Shown in pieces: positions 58,008 through 64,000 of a stretch of 64,000 bases of DNA (the first letter of the stretch is position 1; each line of letters starts with the position of its first letter). Source of the DNA: an uncultured Hyphomicrobiales bacterium. Its GTDB lineage: Bacteria; Bacteroidota; Ignavibacteria; Kapaibacteriales; Kapaibacteriaceae. The stretch lies in the NCBI GenBank assembly GCA_964620125.1, contig CAZUGQ010000006.1, forward strand, positions 6,216 to 70,215, given 5' to 3'. Below the pieces are notes generated by a model, which did not search any database, was not told where the DNA came from, and saw only the letters and a program-made list of their open reading frames with translations. The position numbers were made by a program, and so were the translations under genes.

Positions 58008-59864
58008 ATGAAGCGTTCGCTCCTTGCGATTGCTATGTGCTGCGCCATTGTGGCCAATGCACAAGATTTTCCAGTGAAGATCGAGCCTGTGACAATGATT
58101 CCCTATCTGCAGGGAAGAGTTGTTGTTCCACCAGCACCTCTGAAGTATCAGAACATCTTTGTTGGTGGCGTTGACAGCGTTGCCATTCTCGACGCTGCTG
58201 GACGTCCAGCAGGAAAAGCTCCAGCAAAACAGTGGCATGACTACATTGGCTATGCCTCCGATCCATCCGGCATGTCGCTGGGATATGCCGTGGTGAATCA
58301 TGAAATGACGGAAGCAAATCCGAAGATCGGCGACGGCGGTGGCATGACGATGTTCAAGCTCGGCAAGAAGTCCGACGGTACCCTCGAAGTACTCGAGCAA
58401 ACCTTGGCAGACGGCCGTACCGGCAAGTTTTTCAACGTGGACTTCGTGAACACCGTTGGAGAAACAGGCATGAACTGCGGTGGTATCTCAAAGAATAATC
58501 GCATCTGGACTGCAGAAGAATGGTACCAAACAAGCAATGCCGGTATCTACGCTAATGGTGAAGGCTTCCGCGACACCAGCGATTTTGTGATCGGCTCCAA
58601 AGTTCCATCCGGTTTTCCAGGTCTTGACGGCAAGGCAATCAAGCGCTATCAAAATCTGAACTGGATGGTAGAAATTGACCCGGTAAACGCCAAGGCCATT
58701 CGCAAGCAGTACAACTGGAGCCGTCAAGGTTTCGAAGCTGGCGTAGTCATGGATGACAACAAGACGGTATACCTGTTCGAAGATGGTGCTGCTGGACGTT
58801 CCATTCTTACCAAGTTCGTTGCTGACGAACCCGGCGACATGACCAAGGGCAAGCTGTACTTCTATAAGCAGGATGCAAACGCCTTTACGGGCACGTGGGT
58901 GCAAGTACCAAACGACCCAGCAACAAACTGGGATATCATGGTTGCTCCTCATACATGGGCAGCACAAAACGGCATTACTGGTTTCACCCGCCTCGAATGG
59001 GGTCAAGTAAACAAGACGGACGGTAAGATCTACATCACGGAAACGGGTAACGATAATCCATCCAATGCATACAAGAGCGCAAAGGCTGCTGGTTGGACAC
59101 TACCAAAGCACCTGCGCGATCGCGCCGCTTCCATGGGAATCACAGAAGATAGTTCAGCATATCGCGACTACTATGGTCGTGTTCTGGTGTTTGACCCTGC
59201 CGACAACAGCATCCGCTCCTTCCTCGAAGGCGGACCAGCGCTCACGGACGCCCAAGCTGTTCCAAGTATGTACCCTGAAAAGCACCTTTCAAACCCAGAC
59301 GGCATCGGCTTCCTCTATGTAAATGGCAAGACGTTTATGATGATACAGGAAGACCTTAACGGTGTAAGCATGGGTCGGATGCCAAACACCGGCATGCGTG
59401 GCACCAACTGCGAAGCCTGGTTGCTTGACATGTCGAAAGAGCCAACCATCAACAACCTGTATCGCTTGGCTATCACCCCGTATGGCACTGAAGTTACTGG
59501 CTTTGCTACGTACGACGATGGAAATGTTGTGCTCATCAATTCCCAACATCCAATTAGCGCCGAGATTACGGATGCTGCTGCAAAGAACTCTCTCACCTTT
59601 GCTCTGAGCGGTCTTAAGCAACTAGTGTCCAGCATCGAGGAGAGTGAAGGGGACAATCCATCCGGCATCAAGGTGTTCCCCAACCCTACGTCGAGCGAGT
59701 TGAATTTCTCCGAGCAGATTGATGCTGCTCTCTACAACGCCGCTGGTGAGCGAGTTCGCGAAGTTCGTGGTGCAAGCTCGATTGGTGTTGCCGATCTGCC
59801 AAATGGTGTGTACTACCTCATGTCGAGTGATGGAAAGACGCAACAGATTGTTCTGCAGCGCTAA
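58008..59864 (+). CDS. Secreted PhoX-like (DUF839) beta-propeller phosphatase-family protein with T9SS C-terminal sorting domain
   Basis: Signal peptide MKRSLLAIAMCCAIVANAQ and a beta-propeller-like repeat pattern with NPDGIGF and related motifs. The C-terminus reads ...IKVFPNPTSSELNFSEQ...LPNGVYYLMSSDGKTQQIVLQR. The PhoX assignment is tentative. Confidence 0.45.
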   Translation: MKRSLLAIAMCCAIVANAQDFPVKIEPVTMIPYLQGRVVVPPAPLKYQNIFVGGVDSVAILDAAGRPAGKAPAKQWHDYIGYASDPSGMSLGYAVVNHEMTEANPKIGDGGGMTMFKLGKKSDGTLEVLEQTLADGRTGKFFNVDFVNTVGETGMNCGGISKNNRIWTAEEWYQTSNAGIYANGEGFRDTSDFVIGSKVPSGFPGLDGKAIKRYQNLNWMVEIDPVNAKAIRKQYNWSRQGFEAGVVMDDNKTVYLFEDGAAGRSILTKFVADEPGDMTKGKLYFYKQDANAFTGTWVQVPNDPATNWDIMVAPHTWAAQNGITGFTRLEWGQVNKTDGKIYITETGNDNPSNAYKSAKAAGWTLPKHLRDRAASMGITEDSSAYRDYYGRVLVFDPADNSIRSFLEGGPALTDAQAVPSMYPEKHLSNPDGIGFLYVNGKTFMMIQEDLNGVSMGRMPNTGMRGTNCEAWLLDMSKEPTINNLYRLAITPYGTEVTGFATYDDGNVVLINSQHPISAEITDAAAKNSLTFALSGLKQLVSSIEESEGDNPSGIKVFPNPTSSELNFSEQIDAALYNAAGERVREVRGASSIGVADLPNGVYYLMSSDGKTQQIVLQR

Positions 59865-59895
59865 GCGTTCGTAGTCGGTCAATTTTCAGGAGAAG

Positions 59896-59935
59896 GGATC
59901 AGCAAGAGATTCTCTTGCTGATCCTTTCTCGTTTC
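59896..59935 (+). terminator. Strong intrinsic terminator after the PhoX-like gene: ~13-bp stem GGATCAGCAAGAG/CTCTTGCTGATCC followed by TTTCTCGTTTCC
   Basis: Near-perfect inverted repeat 30 nt after the stop codon, immediately followed by a T-rich tract. Confidence 0.65.
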
Positions 59936-59954
59936 CATACCTGCTTGAATCGTT

Positions 59955-61895
59955 ATGAAAGTCCTTCTGTTTTTCACTGCAGCAGCCGCCTCAGGTGTAC
60001 TGGTTGGCACAACACAACCCAATTACCATCAGCAGCGATATGATCGCGTATGGTCGTTTATTGCTGATACACGTACCGCTGTGTACAACAGGTGCGACTC
60101 TTTGAGTGTCGCCGTTGAAGCAATGTCTGGCCCGAGGGATGTACCTGCTGTGCTTGATGCCTACGAACGTTTGCGCGGCGCATGGAAAGCCATCGAACCA
60201 CTAGCCGAATACAGCGATCCACAACAGGTAAGCTGGTTCATCAACGGAGCGCCGTTGCCCCGGCTCGATCCAAAATCACAGTACGTTGAAGTTCTCGAGC
60301 CCTCCGGCCTGCAGGTTATCGACGAACTTCTGCATGCACCTGATGAAGATGTGCTGGCCTCTCAACAGCATCTTCAAACACTCGTGGGCTCACTACGTTC
60401 CAGCTTGACAGACCTGTTCTCGGTACTTGTTAACTCCCGTTGGACGAGCCGCATGCAGCTCGAAGCGTGCCGGTCTGGATTGATCCGCATTACGTCGCTT
60501 GGGCTCACTGCCTTCGACCGACCAGCCTCCGACCCCCGCCCTTCCGACAACGTGGTGCCACTGCAGACCATCGGCTTTGTCTTGTGGGGTTTTCGTCAGC
60601 AGCTCGAAGCAACCAATGCTAAATATCTCGCATCCAGGGCTGATTCACTCCTTAGCCTTGGCATTCGAATGATACGGTCTGCAAACAGTGATGACGACCT
60701 AGATAAGGCTGAACTCATCAGAGCCTCGTTAGATCCGCTTTATGCGGTGGTAGTGGACATACAGATGGCCTTGCAGATCGAGTTTGCTGATGAAGCACTC
60801 GCCATCACCCCGCCGCTGGATGCTCGCTCTCGAAGCATGTTTGCGAACAACACACTGGATCCGTACACCTGGGCAGGCGTTAGCCGCAAATCCGTTACGG
60901 ATTCTATGATTGAGCTTGGCAGAACCTTGTTCTTCGATCCTGTGCTCTCCAGCAATGGTGAGCGGGCTTGCGCCTCCTGCCACCTTCCGGAGCTTGCGTT
61001 CACGGATGGACGAGTTAAGAGTATGGCATTTGACCGTCAGGGAACAGTTCGGCGTAATGCACCAACACTCATCAACGCCGTGCTTGCCAAGCGATTCTTT
61101 CTTGACCTTCGTGGTGAACGGCTCAGCGAAGTGGTAGAGCATGTGATTAATGATGAGCGTGAGTTTAACTTCAATGTGCTAAGCGTAGTGCGACGCCTGG
61201 AGTCTTCACCTGAATACAGGGCCCGGTTTACTACTGTTTTTGCCCAATGGGGCGAGTCAGCAATTACCCCAACAAATGTGAACATTGCCTTGGCTGCATA
61301 CCTTGGTACACTGGTCAATCTTAACAGTCCTGTTGATCGGTATCTGCGAGGTGAAGCTGTAACGTTGAATCCATCCGTGCGGCGGGGGTTCAACCTCTTT
61401 ATGGGGAGGGCTGCCTGTGGCACATGCCATTTTGCCCCTACCTTCGCTGGATATGTTCCCCCCGCCTTCATGGAATCGGAAAGCGAGGTGCTCGGCATTC
61501 CAACTGCACCAGATACTGCCAATGCCATCCTTGATCCAGACCCCGGCAGGTACGGTGGCGCATTGCGCGATGGTGCCGAGATTTTTCGCCACTCGTTTAA
61601 AACGCCAACCATCCGCAACGTGAAACTCACAGCCCCTTACATGCACAACGGCGCCTTCCCAAGTCTGCGCGATGTGGTAAAGTTTTATGATCTGGGAGGG
61701 GGCTCAGGCATTGGCGCCATTGCTGCTCACCAAACGTTGGCATCGGACAGACTTGACTTCACCGATAAGGACTACGACGATCTGATTGCCTTCATGGAAG
61801 CATTAACGGATACGACCGGATTTGCTCGAATGCCAGCACATCTTCCCTCCGTGCCTGGCATGTCGGATCACCGTGAGATTGGCGGAGAATATTAA
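59955..61895 (+). CDS. Di-heme cytochrome c peroxidase (CCP/MauG family) with a ~300-aa N-terminal extension of unknown function
   Basis: Two CxxCH motifs (CASCH, CGTCH) and the CCP-family context ...FFDPVLSSNGERACASCH...APTLINAV...; ...TPTIRNVKLTAPYMHNGAFPSLRDVVKFY.... Signal peptide present. Confidence 0.8.
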   Translation: MKVLLFFTAAAASGVLVGTTQPNYHQQRYDRVWSFIADTRTAVYNRCDSLSVAVEAMSGPRDVPAVLDAYERLRGAWKAIEPLAEYSDPQQVSWFINGAPLPRLDPKSQYVEVLEPSGLQVIDELLHAPDEDVLASQQHLQTLVGSLRSSLTDLFSVLVNSRWTSRMQLEACRSGLIRITSLGLTAFDRPASDPRPSDNVVPLQTIGFVLWGFRQQLEATNAKYLASRADSLLSLGIRMIRSANSDDDLDKAELIRASLDPLYAVVVDIQMALQIEFADEALAITPPLDARSRSMFANNTLDPYTWAGVSRKSVTDSMIELGRTLFFDPVLSSNGERACASCHLPELAFTDGRVKSMAFDRQGTVRRNAPTLINAVLAKRFFLDLRGERLSEVVEHVINDEREFNFNVLSVVRRLESSPEYRARFTTVFAQWGESAITPTNVNIALAAYLGTLVNLNSPVDRYLRGEAVTLNPSVRRGFNLFMGRAACGTCHFAPTFAGYVPPAFMESESEVLGIPTAPDTANAILDPDPGRYGGALRDGAEIFRHSFKTPTIRNVKLTAPYMHNGAFPSLRDVVKFYDLGGGSGIGAIAAHQTLASDRLDFTDKDYDDLIAFMEALTDTTGFARMPAHLPSVPGMSDHREIGGEY

Positions 61896-61900
61896 CATCC

Positions 61901-63226
61901 ATGAAGCAACCGCTGTGCATCGTTCTGGTGGGTATTGTTGGTCATGTCCTTTCGATTGCACAGCCAGCAGCCATAACGTTTACTCAGCACGTTGCACCGA
62001 TTATCTACCGCAACTGCACTCCTTGCCATGTTGATGGCGGTCCCGGACCATTCCCCCTTGTCACGTACTCCCAGGTTAGTGCCAAGGCGTCCATGATTGC
62101 CATGGTTACGCAGGACCGGTACATGCCTCCACAACGCAACGATCCTACGTACCGAAGCTTCGCCCACGAACGAAGGCTTACGGATAGCGACATTCAAACC
62201 ATCAGGTCTTGGGTGCAATCGGGAAAAAAGGAGGGAGCGCAACGGTTCCTACCAAAGCCCCCTACCACGCAGGCAAACCGATCGATACATGGTAAGCCGC
62301 ACATCACACTAAGCATGCCGTCGGCAGTTCCCATTCCCGGCAACAACCAGCAGACGTATGTGTGTTACGCCATTCCGTTTGAGTTGGACAAAGAATATCA
62401 GGCACGTGGCATCGAGTATGTACCCAGCAATCGCAAGCTTGCACACCATGCTAGCTATCAGATTCTTGAAGTAGCACCCGATGTTATGCTCGACAGCATA
62501 CCACGTTACTTTTTCTACGAACCTGGACGGCGTGTTGTTGATGACGTAGACTACAATTACTTCAAGCTCATCAGTCCTACGTATGGTCCACCAATCGAAA
62601 CCTTCCATGGCGGTTGGCTTCCGGGAAGCTCACCGTGGGTGTACCCAGATGGCATAGGCTTCCGATTACCTCGCCGCGGCGTGCTCATGTTGCGCAACCT
62701 GCACTACGCACCAACACCGGTTCCATCGTCTGACTCCGTTACCGTGCATATCTATCTGGGTAAGAAGGAATCACGAACCGTGACCTTTGCTGCATTCCGA
62801 CCAGCAATCGGTGTTGCCGATACCGTTATCCGAGCCAACTCGGTAGACACTCACCGCATCTATGTTCGGATACCGCAGGACATCAGCCTGCTAAACATCA
62901 ACCCACACATGCATCGTTTGGGGCGCAGCTTTACGGTCTGGGCAGAAACTCCATCGAAGGATACTATCAAGTTGTGCCGCATCCCCGACTGGGACTTTGA
63001 TTGGCAGGACTTTTATCTGTTCAAGAATCCTGTTCACATTCCGGCAGGTAGCGTGTTGAATGCCATTGCCATTTTCGACAACACACCGGCCAACCCCAAT
63101 AACCCATTCTACCCACCGCGCGATGCACCATTCGAAGTTGGAATGGATGACACCAACGAGATGATGCGCTTAGTGCTTCTAGCTCTTGAGTATCGAAAAG
63201 GCGACGAAAAGATCAGGCTTGAGTGA
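61901..63226 (+). CDS. Fusion of an N-terminal c-type cytochrome domain (PSCyt1-like, CTPCH ... YMPP) with a copper type II ascorbate-dependent monooxygenase (PHM/DBH)-like two-domain region
   Basis: Heme motif VAPIIYRNCTPCH and DRYMPPQ. Putative CuH ligands are LAHHASY and a downstream His. Putative CuM ligands are NPHMHRLG and NEMM, comparable to the PHM HxH...DEMC arrangement. Confidence 0.5.
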   Translation: MKQPLCIVLVGIVGHVLSIAQPAAITFTQHVAPIIYRNCTPCHVDGGPGPFPLVTYSQVSAKASMIAMVTQDRYMPPQRNDPTYRSFAHERRLTDSDIQTIRSWVQSGKKEGAQRFLPKPPTTQANRSIHGKPHITLSMPSAVPIPGNNQQTYVCYAIPFELDKEYQARGIEYVPSNRKLAHHASYQILEVAPDVMLDSIPRYFFYEPGRRVVDDVDYNYFKLISPTYGPPIETFHGGWLPGSSPWVYPDGIGFRLPRRGVLMLRNLHYAPTPVPSSDSVTVHIYLGKKESRTVTFAAFRPAIGVADTVIRANSVDTHRIYVRIPQDISLLNINPHMHRLGRSFTVWAETPSKDTIKLCRIPDWDFDWQDFYLFKNPVHIPAGSVLNAIAIFDNTPANPNNPFYPPRDAPFEVGMDDTNEMMRLVLLALEYRKGDEKIRLE

Positions 63227-63250
63227 ATCTACTTTTTGTAGCTTCACGCC

Positions 63251-64000
63251 ATGATCGATTGCCAGAACACGATGCGGTTTGCCCGCATCGTACTTGTGTT
63301 GGGCATGTACCTTGTAGCGGCTTTCGCTGTATCTGCAGCCGATACTCTGCGAGTATGCACGTACAATGTGCTGAACTACGGTACCAGCAATGATGACGGT
63401 CGAATCCCCATGTATGCCACGATCATGCAGGAAATCAAACCTGATATTCTGGTCTGCCAGGAAGTGGTTGACAACTCCTTGGGGCCACAATTCATCAGCA
63501 ACGTTCTCACATGGTCAAGCTTTGGTGCTTCACCGTTTGTAGACGGCCGCGACACAGACAATCAGCTCTTCTACGACCTCAGAAAACTTCGTCTGCTCAC
63601 CCATCGGCAGATCGGCACCGAGCTGCGCAACATCAGCGAATACATGCTGGAGCGTTTTCCAGTGGCTGGCCAGCAACCCGACACGCTGGTAGTGTACTCA
63701 GGTCATCTGAAGGCAAACAACGACGATGCTTCGGCAGCACAGCGTGGCCGCGAAGTGGCAGCAATGCAGGCCACCGCTTCCTCAGCCCCCTACCTTTTTT
63801 TCTGTGGCGACCTCAACGTATACAGTCCAAACGAAACTGCCTATCGTGCCCTCACGCAGCCTGCAATGGGGCGCACCTTTGTTGATCCCTTGGGCACATC
63901 GTGGGTACGAAACACATCGCAACATGCAGCCCTGTACACACAATGCACTCGTGCCAACACCATCAGCGGTTGTGGCGGTGGCGTTGACGGCGGTCTTGAC
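63251..64000 (+). CDS. Secreted endonuclease/exonuclease/phosphatase (EEP)-family protein, 3' end beyond window
   Basis: Signal peptide (RIVLVLGMYLVAAFAVSAA) and EEP N-terminal motifs LRVCTYNVLNYG...DILVCQEV. Confidence 0.7.
   Translation, partial: MIDCQNTMRFARIVLVLGMYLVAAFAVSAADTLRVCTYNVLNYGTSNDDGRIPMYATIMQEIKPDILVCQEVVDNSLGPQFISNVLTWSSFGASPFVDGRDTDNQLFYDLRKLRLLTHRQIGTELRNISEYMLERFPVAGQQPDTLVVYSGHLKANNDDASAAQRGREVAAMQATASSAPYLFFCGDLNVYSPNETAYRALTQPAMGRTFVDPLGTSWVRNTSQHAALYTQCTRANTISGCGGGVDGGLD

Noticed and set aside
12295-64000. Search for tRNA, rRNA, IS elements, integrases or prophage genes
   Set aside because: No cloverleaf-like sequences, transposase/integrase ORFs or terminal inverted repeats were seen in any intergenic region. 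The window appears to be core chromosome.

Overview
This 64-kb window comes from a roughly 54% GC bacterium that looks like a member of the Bacteroidota/FCB group. That attribution rests on type IX secretion system (T9SS) C-terminal sorting domains on five secreted proteins, a Bacteroidetes-style -33 TTG / -7 TAATTTTG promoter motif upstream of the atp operon, and frequent 4-nt ATGA gene overlaps. The window is densely coding with three strand blocks.

(i) 1..12294 (-): a single giant gene of more than 4,100 aa that runs off the window start. It has an SD-preceded start, a signal peptide, an N-terminal nidogen-like (NIDO-like) domain, about 40 tandem ~85-aa Cys-pair Ig-like domains, and a T9SS C-terminal domain.

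(ii) 12.8..42.4 kb, almost all on the minus strand: ECF sigma/anti-sigma, a hypothetical protein, obgE, radA and a convergent phytoene/squalene synthase. After that comes a roughly 16-kb translationally coupled super-operon. It runs clpC, hypothetical, udg, ddl, a PfkB-family kinase, hypothetical, then the ATP synthase genes atpZ, atpI, atpB, atpE, atpF, atpH, atpA, then the LPS heptose epimerase gene hldD, then atpG, then three membrane-protein genes. Upstream lie a carboxypeptidase-regulatory-domain protein, an enoyl-CoA hydratase and two tandem paralogous S8 peptidases with T9SS domains.

(iii) 42.4..64 kb: dnaX, bcp, a TatD hydrolase fused in-frame to a signal-peptide-like segment plus beta-barrel OMP-like domain, upp and a small hypothetical on the plus strand. 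Then follows a minus-strand operon of MATE, a double-NBD ABC ATPase, an MlaF-like ATPase, a 1200-aa WD40/T9SS protein, OmpA and a class V aminotransferase. Finally a plus-strand cluster holds a PhoX-like T9SS protein with a strong terminator, a di-heme cytochrome c peroxidase with an N-terminal extension, a cytochrome c domain fused to a PHM/DBH-like copper monooxygenase domain, and a secreted EEP-family phosphoesterase.

No rRNA, tRNA, CRISPR, IS element or prophage signature was recognised.

The most unusual items are the giant adhesin-like protein, the ATP synthase operon with embedded hldD and three coupled membrane genes, the CU-rich tandem-repeat leader in front of atpF, the His-rich tails on AtpB, the TatD-OMP fusion and the cytochrome c-PHM-like fusion.
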